Of a stretch of 64,000 nt of DNA, positions 37,429 to 46,876 are shown in pieces. The notes beneath the pieces are model-generated. The model had not been told where the DNA came from. It searched no databases and worked only from the letters and a program-made list of their open reading frames with translations. A program made the position numbers and the translations under genes. Source of the stretch: Coriobacteriia bacterium (GTDB taxonomy: Bacteria; Actinomycetota; Coriobacteriia; Anaerosomatales; PHET01); assembly GCA_035687245.1 (NCBI GenBank), contig DASRYH010000050.1:13820-77819 (forward strand), in the 5' to 3' direction. Each line of letters starts with the position of its first letter. Within the stretch, counting starts at the first letter, position 1.

Positions 37429-37758
37429 CTACTCTGTCGTCGACTCGTCCTGCGCGGGCACGTCCCCATCTTCGGCGACCGCTTCCGCGTCGGCTTCGGG
37501 TACTACGGCGTCTTCCGCGGAGGCTTCAGAGCCCTCCATAACCTCGATATCCTGGCCGGGCTCGGTCTGCTCACTTGCGGGCATTTCGCTGCCCCAGTCG
37601 GCGTGGTCGATGAGCTCCGTGCACTGGTTGGCAAGACGCACACCCTCCTCGAGGAGATCGAGGCTCTTCTCAAGCGAAACGTCTTTCTTGCGCACCTGCG
37701 TCACGATGTCTTCGAGGCGGGCACGCGTCCGGCTGAAGCTGTAGTCGTCGTCAGGCAT
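37429..37758 (-). CDS. xseB: exodeoxyribonuclease VII small subunit with acidic C-terminal extension
   Basis: FSRTRARLEDIVTQVRKKDVSLEKSLDLLEEGVRLANQCTELI is the XseB helical hairpin, followed by about 50 D/E-rich residues. Overlaps the nusB stop by 8 nt. Confidence 0.8.
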   Translation of the reverse strand: MPDDDYSFSRTRARLEDIVTQVRKKDVSLEKSLDLLEEGVRLANQCTELIDHADWGSEMPASEQTEPGQDIEVMEGSEASAEDAVVPEADAEAVAEDGDVPAQDESTTE

Positions 37759-38182
37759 CCGTGAGGTCCTCTCCGGGGATGCGGCGTTCGGCGATACGGC
37801 CGAGCACTCCGTTCACGAACTTGGACGAGTCTTCGCCGCCGTAGACCTTGGCCAGCTCGACCGCCTCATTAATCGCGACGCTCGGCGGAATCTCAGGCAC
37901 GAAGAGCAGCTCATAGGTGGCGATACGTAGGATGTTGCGGTCCACGAGCGGCATGCGGCCGACACTCCAGTGTTCGGAGGTCTCGCCTATGAGCTCGTCG
38001 AGCTCGGCGATACGGCTCTCGGCGCCTATCGCCAGCGAGCGAGCGTACTCGTCGGGTTCACCATCTTCGGTCGAGTAGCTGCCGATGGCGAGGATGCGAC
38101 CTATCGCCTCACCGGTGACTTCGCGCTGGTAGAGCATCTGCAGCGCCTGACGGCGTGCCCTGTGGCGTTCGGGTTTCGGCAT
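37751..38182 (-). CDS. nusB: transcription antitermination factor NusB
   Basis: 143 aa. RHRARRQALQMLYQ...ELLFVPEIPPSVAINEAVELAKVYG. Confidence 0.92.
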   Translation of the reverse strand: MPKPERHRARRQALQMLYQREVTGEAIGRILAIGSYSTEDGEPDEYARSLAIGAESRIAELDELIGETSEHWSVGRMPLVDRNILRIATYELLFVPEIPPSVAINEAVELAKVYGGEDSSKFVNGVLGRIAERRIPGEDLTDA

Positions 38183-38529
38183 TATTCGGCGAACACGAGC
38201 CCGTCGATGAACACGTCGACGGCTGCCACCTCGACGCCCACCTGGCTTGCGAGCGCGTCGGCCACCGACGCCTGCACGGCTGCAGCAACCTCACGCAGCT
38301 TGAAGCCGTAGGTCACCTGTACGTGGATGGTGACTGTAAGCTTCGACTCCTCATCGACGACTACGTCGATGGCGCGAGCGGTGCCCTTGCGGCTCTTGGC
38401 CACCAGACCGGCGAGACCGGGCGCGCCGACAGCGGCAACGCCTTCGACGCCCTCTGTGGCGACATTGACTATGGTATCGAGGACTCCCGGCGCGACGCCG
38501 AGCCCCTCGAGGCGAATCTCGTCAGACAT
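38182..38529 (-). CDS. Asp23/Gls24-family envelope stress protein
   Basis: 115 aa. VAPGVLDTIVNVATEGVEGV...IDVFIDGLVF is the typical Asp23 fold sequence. Lies directly upstream of nusB, as in Firmicutes. Confidence 0.85.
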   Translation of the reverse strand: MSDEIRLEGLGVAPGVLDTIVNVATEGVEGVAAVGAPGLAGLVAKSRKGTARAIDVVVDEESKLTVTIHVQVTYGFKLREVAAAVQASVADALASQVGVEVAAVDVFIDGLVFAE

Positions 38530-38555
38530 ACGTGCTCCTTACAGCCCTCGCGCGC

Positions 38556-39905
38556 TTAGGCGCCGCCGAGCTCGGTTTCGACGAAGTCAGTATAGACCTC
38601 ACCTCTGATGAAGGCGGGGTTATCCACCACACGCAGGTGGAACGGGATGGTCGTCGGGATTCCCGTGACGATGAACTCGTCGAGCGCACGGCGCGCTCTC
38701 GCGATGGCTTCCTCGCGTGTCTCGCCCCACACGATGAGCTTGCCCAGCAGCGAGTCGTAGGTCGGAGGCACCGTGTAGCCGGAATAGACGTGGCTGTCGA
38801 TGCGGACGCCGAAGCCTCCCGGAGGGTTGAAGACGTCGATGCGGCCGGGATGCGGCCGGAAGTTGTGCTCGGGGTCTTCGGCGTTGATGCGGAACTCGAT
38901 CGCGTGGCCGCGCAGCACGAGGTCTTCCTGATTGGCGTGCTTCATCGGCAGACCCGCAGCGACGCGAATCTGCTCCTTGATGATGTCGACGCCCGAGATC
39001 TGCTCCGTGACCGGATGCTCGACCTGGACTCGCGTGTTCATCTCCATGAAGTAGAAGCGACCGTCGGTGTCGAGCAGGAACTCGACGGTGCCGGCGCCTT
39101 CGTAGTTCACGTTGCGAACGAGGCTGATCGCAGCCGCACCCATTGCTTCGCGCGTCGCCTGGTCCAGAGCTGGCGACGGCGCTTCCTCGATCAGCTTCTG
39201 GTGACGGCGCTGGATCGAGCAGTCGCGCTCGAACAGATAGACCGCGTTGCCGTGGGAGTCGGCCATGACCTGGATCTCCACGTGCCGCGGGCGAGCCAGG
39301 TACTTCTCGAGGTAGACGGTGTCGTTGCCGAAGGCGGCCGCAGCCTCAGTGCGAGCTGCGGTGAAGTTGACTTCGAGCTCGCCAGAGTCACGGGCCACAC
39401 GCATGCCCTTGCCACCGCCGCCTGCCGAAGCTTTGATGAGCACCGGAAAGCCGACCTCTTCGGCGAAGCGCAGGGCCTCGGCGGCGGTCTCGACGGGTCC
39501 GGGGCTTCCCGGGACGGTCGGCACGCCGGCCGCCGCAGCGGTCTCGCGGGCAACAGCCTTGTCGCCCATGCGCTCGATCGCCTCAGGCGACGGGCCGATG
39601 AAGACGACACCAGAGTCGGCGCACGCACGAGCAAACGCAGCGTTCTCGGCCATGAAGCCGTAGCCGGGGTGGATCGCCTGCGCGCCGGTGGTCAGCGCCG
39701 CCGAAATGATGTTAGGCATGTTGAGATAGGACGCGGCCGACGGCGCAGGGCCGATGCAGACGGCGATGTCGGCCATCTTCACCGGCAGCGACTCGCGGTC
39801 GGCCTCTGAGTAGACGATGACCGAGGAGATGCCCATCTCGCGGGCGGCGCGGATGACGCGCAGCGCGACTTCGCCGCGGTTGGCTACAAGGATGCGATCG
39901 AACAC
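38556..39905 (-). CDS. accC: biotin carboxylase (AccC / PycA-type)
   Basis: 449 aa. MFDRILVANRGEVALRVIRA, ATP-grasp GGGGKGMR and EMNTRVQVEHPVTE. Confidence 0.93.
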   Translation of the reverse strand: MFDRILVANRGEVALRVIRAAREMGISSVIVYSEADRESLPVKMADIAVCIGPAPSAASYLNMPNIISAALTTGAQAIHPGYGFMAENAAFARACADSGVVFIGPSPEAIERMGDKAVARETAAAAGVPTVPGSPGPVETAAEALRFAEEVGFPVLIKASAGGGGKGMRVARDSGELEVNFTAARTEAAAAFGNDTVYLEKYLARPRHVEIQVMADSHGNAVYLFERDCSIQRRHQKLIEEAPSPALDQATREAMGAAAISLVRNVNYEGAGTVEFLLDTDGRFYFMEMNTRVQVEHPVTEQISGVDIIKEQIRVAAGLPMKHANQEDLVLRGHAIEFRINAEDPEHNFRPHPGRIDVFNPPGGFGVRIDSHVYSGYTVPPTYDSLLGKLIVWGETREEAIARARRALDEFIVTGIPTTIPFHLRVVDNPAFIRGEVYTDFVETELGGA

Positions 39906-39916
39906 GGTGCTCCGCC

Positions 39917-41761
39917 TTAGGCCGGCTCGTAGTAGAACAGGACGGTGCCGTACTCGACGGGGTCGCCGTTGCTCATGCAGACCTCACGGATGAATCCGCC
40001 CTCTTCGGCAGAGATCTCGTTCATCAGCTTCATGGCCTCGAGGATGCACAGGGTCTGACCTTCGGCGATCTGGTCGCCGGCGGCAACGAATGCGGGGGCA
40101 CCGGGGCTCGCAGCCTCGTAGTAGGTGCCGACCATCGGAGCCGTGACCGTCTTCCAGCTTGCGGGACGATCCCCGGCGGCCGGAGCAGCCGCAGGCGCTG
40201 CAGCAGCCGCAGCAGGCGCTGCCACCGGTGCTGCGACGGGGGCTACGGAGACGCCGGCGCTCTTACGCACGGTCACCTTGGTGTCGCCCTCTTCGATGAT
40301 GACCTCAGCCAAGTCCGATGCCTCGACCATCTTGATGAGCTCGCGGATCTGGGAAACGTCCACCGACTCGTCCTCCTTGACGGTATGAATCTCTTCACTC
40401 ATGAGGAATACGGCCTTCTCGGCCCCCTCGCGATGTGCGGTCAGATAGGTGCGCGCTTCGTTGGGGAAGAGCGCATACATCAGTACGTCTTCTTCGCTCT
40501 TGGCCAGGTCGCCAACTTCTGCTTCTACCTCGGCGAAGGTGGTGGTGACCAGCGAACCGGGGCGCACGTCTTCGGCAAGTGGCTTGAGATCGCCCAACAC
40601 CTTGGCGACGATTTCCTTGTCCATGGGGCCGGGTGCCTTGCCGTAAAGGCCTTGGACGTAGTCGCGCATCTCGGAGGGCACGATGTTCCAGCGCTTGCCC
40701 GTGAGCACGTTCATGACGGCCTGGGTGCCCACGATCTGCGACAGCGGCGTCACAAGCGGCGGGTAGCCGACTTCGGCACGTACGCGCGGTACTTCGGCGA
40801 GCACGTCGGGAAGCCGATCGCTCGCCTTTTGAAGCTCGAGCTGGCTGATGAAGTTGCTCATCATGCCGCCCGGTACTTGGTGGCTGAAGACCTCCATCTG
40901 CAGCAGCGTGGTGATGCCTCGCTTGAGGTGCTTGCGCTCGCGCACGCCCTCCCAGTACTCGGCGATCTCGAAGAGGAGGTCCAGGTCGAGCCCGGTGTCG
41001 TACGGACTCTCCATGAGCGCAGCGACGATCGTCTCGACGGCAGGCTGGCTGTTGCCGAAGGCGAGCGCGACCACGGCGGTATCGACGATGTCGGCACCAG
41101 CCTCGGCGGCCTTCACATAGTTCATCGGAGCCATGCCGCCGATGTAGTGGCAGTGAACGTGGATCGGCAGGCCGATCTCGTCTTTGAGAGCGCGAACCAT
41201 CTTCTCCGTGCGGAATGGCGTGAGCATGCCCGCCATGTCCTTGATACAGATCGTGTCCGCGCCGATGTCCTTGAGCTGCTGCGCGTACTCGAGGTAGGCG
41301 TCCAGCGTGTGCACAGGGCTGATCGTGTAGGAGATGGCGCCCTCGAACAGGCCACCGACCTCCTTGACCGCGCGTCCCGCGACCTCCACGTTGCGAATGT
41401 CGTTGAGCGCATCGAAGACGCGGAAGACGTCGATGCCGTTGCGCTTAGAGGCGCGCACGAAGCGTTCGACGATCTCGTCGCTGTAGTGGTGGTAGCCAAC
41501 TAGGTTCTGGCCACGCAGAAGCATCTGCAGCGGGGTCTTCGGGCAGTGCTTCTTGATGGTGCGAAGACGCTCCCACGGATTCTCGTCCATGAAGCGCAGG
41601 CACGAGTCGAACGTCGCGCCGCCCCAGACCTCGAGCGACCAGTAGCCCACCGAGTCCATCTTCGGCAGGATGGGCAGCATATCGCCGATCTCCATCCGAG
41701 TCGCCCACAGAGACTGGTGGGCGTCTCGAAGCGTTGTGTCGGTGATATGGACGGGTCGCAT
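39917..41761 (-). CDS. carboxyltransferase (5S/oxaloacetate decarboxylase alpha-type) fused to a biotin carboxyl carrier domain (PycB-like)
   Basis: From ATG 41761: MRPVHITDTTLRDAHQSLWATRM (HMGL-like TIM barrel). Ala/Pro linker, then a C-terminal biotinyl motif CILEAMKLMNEI. Confidence 0.85.
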   Translation of the reverse strand: MRPVHITDTTLRDAHQSLWATRMEIGDMLPILPKMDSVGYWSLEVWGGATFDSCLRFMDENPWERLRTIKKHCPKTPLQMLLRGQNLVGYHHYSDEIVERFVRASKRNGIDVFRVFDALNDIRNVEVAGRAVKEVGGLFEGAISYTISPVHTLDAYLEYAQQLKDIGADTICIKDMAGMLTPFRTEKMVRALKDEIGLPIHVHCHYIGGMAPMNYVKAAEAGADIVDTAVVALAFGNSQPAVETIVAALMESPYDTGLDLDLLFEIAEYWEGVRERKHLKRGITTLLQMEVFSHQVPGGMMSNFISQLELQKASDRLPDVLAEVPRVRAEVGYPPLVTPLSQIVGTQAVMNVLTGKRWNIVPSEMRDYVQGLYGKAPGPMDKEIVAKVLGDLKPLAEDVRPGSLVTTTFAEVEAEVGDLAKSEEDVLMYALFPNEARTYLTAHREGAEKAVFLMSEEIHTVKEDESVDVSQIRELIKMVEASDLAEVIIEEGDTKVTVRKSAGVSVAPVAAPVAAPAAAAAAPAAAPAAGDRPASWKTVTAPMVGTYYEAASPGAPAFVAAGDQIAEGQTLCILEAMKLMNEISAEEGGFIREVCMSNGDPVEYGTVLFYYEPA

Positions 41762-41890
41762 CGCAGACCCCCTTCGCTTGGTCGTCGGGGCGATCGCCGG
41801 ACGGCGCATCGCGTAGAAGCTCCAGTATATACGAGCCGCGACCGGCTACACACTGCCGACCGCGGCCAAGAATGCGAGAAAACGAGTGCG

Positions 41891-42451
41891 CTAGACGCGC
41901 GTGATGTAGCGTCCGTCGCGGGTGTCGATCTTGAGCTTGTCGCCGGTGTTGACGAACATCGGGACCTGCACGACAGCACCGGTCTCGAGCGTGGCCGGCT
42001 TGGTGCCGCCCTGCACGGTATCGCCCTTGAAGCCCGGATCGGTCTCGGTGACCTCGAGCTCGACGAACATCGGCGGCTCGACGCCCATGTACTCGCCGTC
42101 GGCGGTCATGATCTCAATCTCGTCGTTCTCCTTGAGCCACTTGGCCTGGTCGCCGACGAAATCGGCGCTGAGCTCGATCTGCTCGTAGCTGCCGTTGTCC
42201 ATGAAGTGGAACGAGGCACCGTCGTTGTAGAGGTACTGCATCTTCTTGGTCTCGACACGCACGTCGTCGAACTTCTCGCCCGCGCGGAAGGTGTAGTCCA
42301 CCACGCGCCCGCTCTCCAGCTCCTTGAGCTTGGTACGGACGAACGCGCCACCCTTACCGGGCTTGACGTGCTGGAACTCGACGATGACCCAGCGCTTGCC
42401 CTCGTGCTGGATGCACATACCGTTCTTGAACTGCGCGGTGGTGACGGACAT
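41891..42451 (-). CDS. efp: elongation factor P
   Basis: 186 aa. FQHVKPGKGGAFVRTKLK contains the conserved modified-Lys loop. Confidence 0.97.
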   Translation of the reverse strand: MSVTTAQFKNGMCIQHEGKRWVIVEFQHVKPGKGGAFVRTKLKELESGRVVDYTFRAGEKFDDVRVETKKMQYLYNDGASFHFMDNGSYEQIELSADFVGDQAKWLKENDEIEIMTADGEYMGVEPPMFVELEVTETDPGFKGDTVQGGTKPATLETGAVVQVPMFVNTGDKLKIDTRDGRYITRV

Positions 42452-42517
42452 GACTCACGTACTCCTTCATCTGCGAGCGCAATCACGCTGCTGCACAGCG
42501 GGCGCTCGTATCGGTTC

Positions 42518-43594
42518 CTACAGCTCGATGAGGTCCTTCGGCGAACGGGTCAGAATCCTAGATCCACCCTCTTGGACCACTACCAAGTCCTCGATTCTAA
42601 CACCCCCGAAGCCCGGCTCGTAGACGCCCGGCTCGATGGTAATGACGTTGCCTGCGACGAGCGTGTCGTTGCTGCGAGGGCTAGCACTGGGCGACTCGTG
42701 GACCTCGAGGCCCACACCATGCCCGAGACCGTGGCGGAACAGATCGCCGAATCCCCTCTGCTCAACCTCCCTGCGCGCTGCCGCATCCACTTCGCAGCCA
42801 CTCGCGCCAGCGACGACAGCCGCGTTGCCCGCCTGATTGGCCGCGAGAACCGCTTCGTAGTACTCGCGCTGCCGGTCGGTGGCGCGACCCAGCACGACCG
42901 TGCGCGTCATATCGGCGCAGTAGCCGTCGACCTTGGCACCGAAGTCGAGTTTCACGAAGTCGCCGGTCTGGAAGGCGCGCTGGGTGATCTTCGCGTGCGG
43001 AAGCGCTGAGTTGGGCCCTCCTGCGATGATCGGTACGAAGGCGAGGCCGTCGCTGCCGTTCGTGCGCATGTAGAACTCGAGGTCGAGCGCGAGCTCGGCC
43101 TCGGTCACTCCGGGGCGGATGCGCCCAAGAATGTAGGTGAACGTGTCGTCAGTGAGCTGCTGGGCCGCGGCGATGCGCCCGATCTCCGCCTCGTCCTTCA
43201 CCGCACGGAGTGCCTCCACCCAACCACTCGCCATGTGGGTGTCGACCCCCAGCGCCTTGCGAGCGCCTTCGAAGCCCTTGAGCGACATCGAGTCCTCGAC
43301 GGCCGCAGCCCCATCTAGCAGCTCAGCTGCAGTCTCAATGACGTTGACCTTGGCCTCGACCACTCGCCAGCCGGTACCCACGGCAGCTGCGGTGGCAGCC
43401 TCGACGTAGCGGTTGTCGGTGATGAGCGCGGCCGATTCGGCAGTCACAAGAGCAACGTGTGCCCGCTCGTCGTCAAAGACCCGCTCGAAACCCGTGATGT
43501 AGGCGACGTTGACCGGCTCGGTCACCGCGAGTCCGGCAACGCCCTCAGCGGCTATGCGCGCCCTGAGCTGCGCCAACCGGGACTCGGAGTTCAC
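42518..43594 (-). CDS. Xaa-Pro aminopeptidase (M24B)
   Basis: From GTG 43594 (RBS AAGGAGG): [18 protein letters not shown]... Has M24 metal ligands ([35 protein letters not shown]). GTGA overlap with the aroQ stop. Confidence 0.9.
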   Translation of the reverse strand: MNSESRLAQLRARIAAEGVAGLAVTEPVNVAYITGFERVFDDERAHVALVTAESAALITDNRYVEAATAAAVGTGWRVVEAKVNVIETAAELLDGAAAVEDSMSLKGFEGARKALGVDTHMASGWVEALRAVKDEAEIGRIAAAQQLTDDTFTYILGRIRPGVTEAELALDLEFYMRTNGSDGLAFVPIIAGGPNSALPHAKITQRAFQTGDFVKLDFGAKVDGYCADMTRTVVLGRATDRQREYYEAVLAANQAGNAAVVAGASGCEVDAAARREVEQRGFGDLFRHGLGHGVGLEVHESPSASPRSNDTLVAGNVITIEPGVYEPGFGGVRIEDLVVVQEGGSRILTRSPKDLIEL

Positions 43595-44034
43595 GCGACC
43601 TCCTTGGCGAGCCGCGCGGCTGCACGAAGGGCGAGCATGTAGCTCGTCACGCCGAACCCGGAGATCTGACCGGCGCACGCCGGCGCGATTACGCTGGTGG
43701 CGCGGAACTTCTCGCGAGCGTGGATGTTGGAGAGGTGGCACTCGACGACCGGAATCGCAATCGCGCCTACGGCGTCGCGCAGCGCATACGAGTAGTGCGT
43801 GAACGCGCCGGGATTGAAGACGATGCCGTGGCAGGTCTCGCGCGCGTCGTGGAGCGCGTCGATGAGCACGCCCTCGTGATTGCTCTGCCGAAAGACGAGC
43901 TCTACCCCGATCTCTTCGGCAAGCGAGCTCATGGCGGCCTCAATGTCGGCGAGCCTGGCAGCGCCGTAGACTTCGGGCTCACGCTCCCCCAACAGGTTCA
44001 GGTTGGGCCCGTTGAGCACGAGAATGCGGATCAT
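43591..44034 (-). CDS. aroQ: type II 3-dehydroquinate dehydratase
   Basis: From ATG 44034: [36 protein letters not shown]. 147 aa. The 125-aa Arg-rich extension in the ORF track overlaps aroB and is rejected. Confidence 0.93.
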   Translation of the reverse strand: MIRILVLNGPNLNLLGEREPEVYGAARLADIEAAMSSLAEEIGVELVFRQSNHEGVLIDALHDARETCHGIVFNPGAFTHYSYALRDAVGAIAIPVVECHLSNIHAREKFRATSVIAPACAGQISGFGVTSYMLALRAAARLAKEVA

Positions 44035-45137
44035 GATCGTGCCTCTCCCTTTGTCGCCGCCCACGCGGCGAGATGTGCCGAAAGCACGGCATCGTCCACG
44101 GCCGTGCACTCCCAGACGCCAGGCGCGCTCGGCAGTACCATGCGCACCGAACCGGCCCTTACCTTCTTGTCCCCATGCATCGCCGAAAGCAGCAGATCGA
44201 CACGCGGCTCGAGCTCGAGTGAGGCAAGTCCCACGAGGTCGAGGAGCCGGTCTTGCCTGCGCACGAACTCCGCATCCGTCCTGCCTTCGGCAAGTGCAAC
44301 GCGCGCGGCGAAGCGCATTCCTTCGGCAACGGCGGCACCATGAGTGAAGGTGCCATAGCCGGCAACCTTCTCTACGGCGTGACCGAGTGTGTGTCCGTAG
44401 TTCAAGCACTCGCGCGGGCCCTCTTCGCGTTCGTCTCGAGCCACAACCGCCGACTTGAACGCCACGCAGCGCTCGATGAGCTCCTCGATCACTGTCGCTT
44501 CCCGGTTGGCGATCTCAGAGGCGTGCGATTCGGTCCATGCAGTGAATTCCTCGCTGTCGAGCAACGCGCTCTTGACGGCCTCTGCTACACCCGAGAGCCA
44601 CTCTGGCTCAGGCAGCGTGGCGAGCGTCGAGGTGTCGGCCACAACCACGATCGGCTGCTTGAACGCGCCCGCGAGGTTTTTGCCCGCCTCGAGGTCGACG
44701 GCCGTCTTGCCCCCGACCGACGAGTCGACCATCGCGAGCAGCGTCGTGGGCACTTGAGCGAACGCGATACCGCGCTGGTAGACAGCGGCGGTGAAGCCGG
44801 CGAGGTCGCCGATCACGCCGCCGCCAACGGCCACCACGAGGTCATCGCGACCGAGTCTGGCAGCAGCCATCGCTTCGACAATCTGGCCGGCGAGCGCCCA
44901 GTTCTTGGATGCCTCGCCCGCGGGCACCGTCATAGGAGTCACGTTGAAGCCCGCCCGTGCGAGCGACGTATCCACGCCAAGCGCCCAGCGCTCGGCGATG
45001 TTGCTGTCGGTCACCAACGCCACGTTGCGTGCGGCGCTCAACTCCCGCAGGCGTGGTCCGATACCGCCCAGAAGATCCGGGCCGATCTCGACATCGTATG
45101 TCGCGCCGGGAACCGGGACTGACACAGAACGCGTCAC
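44031..45137 (-). CDS. aroB: 3-dehydroquinate synthase
   Basis: 368 aa. [19 protein letters not shown] and YGHTLGHA motifs. Confidence 0.93.
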   Translation of the reverse strand: MTRSVSVPVPGATYDVEIGPDLLGGIGPRLRELSAARNVALVTDSNIAERWALGVDTSLARAGFNVTPMTVPAGEASKNWALAGQIVEAMAAARLGRDDLVVAVGGGVIGDLAGFTAAVYQRGIAFAQVPTTLLAMVDSSVGGKTAVDLEAGKNLAGAFKQPIVVVADTSTLATLPEPEWLSGVAEAVKSALLDSEEFTAWTESHASEIANREATVIEELIERCVAFKSAVVARDEREEGPRECLNYGHTLGHAVEKVAGYGTFTHGAAVAEGMRFAARVALAEGRTDAEFVRRQDRLLDLVGLASLELEPRVDLLLSAMHGDKKVRAGSVRMVLPSAPGVWECTAVDDAVLSAHLAAWAATKGEARS

Positions 45138-45652
45138 AAGAGCTCCTCAACTGCCGAAAGGGCGCGCATCGCCACTTCTTCGGCGCTCGCACCGCCGGTG
45201 TCTATGCATGCGTCGGCCACTCCGGAGTAGAGCGCTTCTCGCGCGCCCAGCAGAGCGGTCGCCGCCAGCGTACCGCCGGGTCCGGCCAGAAGCGGACGGG
45301 TAGATACGTCGCCGATACGAGCAATCGCCTCGCCCGCGGATACCTGCAGGTAGAGCACGACGCCCAGCTCCTTGAGGAGCGAGCGGTTCTCGGGCCGGAC
45401 GACGACGCCTCCGCCGCAGGCCACCACGGACGCTGGCTGACCGGCAAGTGCCGCCAGCGCCTCGGTCTCCATCTCGCGGAAGCGCTCCTCGCCGAGGGTC
45501 GCGAAGACCTCGGGGACGGACATTCCCGCGCTTGCCTCGATGGCATCGTCCAAGTCGACAAAGGGTCGGTCGAGCTCTTCGGCGATTCGCACCCCTACCG
45601 TCGATTTGCCGGCGCCCATGAAACCGACGATGAAGATGTGGCCGTGGCTCAC
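45134..45652 (-). CDS. aroK: shikimate kinase
   Basis: P-loop GFMGAGKSTVG. GTG 45652 forms a GTGA overlap with the aroC stop, giving about 172 aa. Confidence 0.9.
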   Translation of the reverse strand: MSHGHIFIVGFMGAGKSTVGVRIAEELDRPFVDLDDAIEASAGMSVPEVFATLGEERFREMETEALAALAGQPASVVACGGGVVVRPENRSLLKELGVVLYLQVSAGEAIARIGDVSTRPLLAGPGGTLAATALLGAREALYSGVADACIDTGGASAEEVAMRALSAVEELL

Positions 45653-46797
45653 CGGCTGACCCTGTCGCGGTATCGGTCCCACGCGGCGACCATGTCGTCG
45701 GCCGAATCGCGGCCGAAGGTATCGAGGTAGGCTCGGGCCAGTGCAAAGGCGACTTCGGCCTCGGCAACTACCGCAGCCGCGGGCACGGCGCAGACGTCGC
45801 TGCGCTCCTTGCTTGCGTCGATTGGCTCGTGCGTGTCGAGATCCACGCTGCCCAGCGGGCGCATGAGCGTTGGGATCGGCTTCATCGCCGCGCGGACCAC
45901 GAGCAGCTCGCCGTTGGTCATGCCACCCTCGAGTCCACCCGCTCGGTTCGTGGCACGCGAGAAGCCGGTGCCTTGCGTGTAGCGGATCTCGTCGTGCACG
46001 GTGCTCCCACGTCGCTTCGCCGCAGCGAAGCCGTCGCCGAATTCGACGCCCTTGATGGCAGGAATGGACAGCACCGACGCGCCGAGGTCGGCATCGAGGC
46101 GCCTAGCGGCCTCCGCGTAGCTGCCAAGACCGGGTACGAGCCCGCTCGCGGTCACCACGAAGACCCCACCGAGCGACTCTCCGTCGGCGCGCGCCGCATC
46201 GATCTCGTCGCGCATGGCCTGGGCCACTTCGGCATCGGGACAGCGCACATCGCACGCTTCCACCGCTTCGAGGTCAACGCCGGCCGGGTCGACGTCATCG
46301 CACGCCGCTGAACCGATGGACTCGACGTAGGACGCTATCTGCACGCCGAAGAGGCCGAGTACGGCCTTTGCGATGCCGCCGGCGGCGACTCGCGCAGCGG
46401 TCTCACGCGCGCTGGCGCGCTCGAGGATGTCTCGCATGTCGTCCGAGCCGGTCTTGAGGACTCCGCCGAGATCGGCGTGGCCGGGACGAGGAGCCGTCTC
46501 GCGAACGCCGACAGGCTTCTCCCCTTCGGCGGCCATTACGTCGGTCCAGTTGTCCCAGTCGCGGTTGGCGACGGTCAGACAGACGGGGCTACCGATCGTT
46601 GCGCCGAACCGGATGCCGGACAGCACGGTTGCGCGGTCGGTTTCGATCCTCTGGCGACCTCCGCGGCCATAGCCGCCTTGGCGACGCTTCAAATCGGTGT
46701 TGATGGTGGCGAGGTCGACGGGAACACCAGCGGGGACTCCGCTGACGATGGCGCACAGAGCGCGTCCGTGTGACTCCCCTGCAGTGGTATAGCGCAT
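45649..46797 (-). CDS. aroC: chorismate synthase
   Basis: 382 aa. MRYTTAGESHG, GGYGRGGRQ and RSDVCAVPAA. Confidence 0.95.
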   Translation of the reverse strand: MRYTTAGESHGRALCAIVSGVPAGVPVDLATINTDLKRRQGGYGRGGRQRIETDRATVLSGIRFGATIGSPVCLTVANRDWDNWTDVMAAEGEKPVGVRETAPRPGHADLGGVLKTGSDDMRDILERASARETAARVAAGGIAKAVLGLFGVQIASYVESIGSAACDDVDPAGVDLEAVEACDVRCPDAEVAQAMRDEIDAARADGESLGGVFVVTASGLVPGLGSYAEAARRLDADLGASVLSIPAIKGVEFGDGFAAAKRRGSTVHDEIRYTQGTGFSRATNRAGGLEGGMTNGELLVVRAAMKPIPTLMRPLGSVDLDTHEPIDASKERSDVCAVPAAAVVAEAEVAFALARAYLDTFGRDSADDMVAAWDRYRDRVSR

Positions 46798-46837
46798 GGC
46801 AACGCGGACCTTTCAGGTCACGAGTTCAGGTGCGCAG

Positions 46838-46846
46838 ATTCTAACA
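46838..46846 (-). promoter_or_regulatory. candidate extended -10 promoter (TGtTAGAAT) upstream of aroC
   Basis: The minus strand reads cTGTTAGAATc about 40 nt upstream of the aroC ATG. There is no convincing -35. It is flanked by two copies of GCGCACCTG (46827-46835 and 46863-46871). Confidence 0.3.
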
Positions 46847-46876
46847 GAGCAGGGGTGTTGGGCAGGTGCGCTTCGG

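Noticed and set aside
41832-41866. Hairpin after efp considered as a terminator.
   Set aside because: The stem has a 2-nt internal mismatch and the trailing sequence (UCGUAUAUAC) is not a convincing U-tract. It is too weak to list as a feature.
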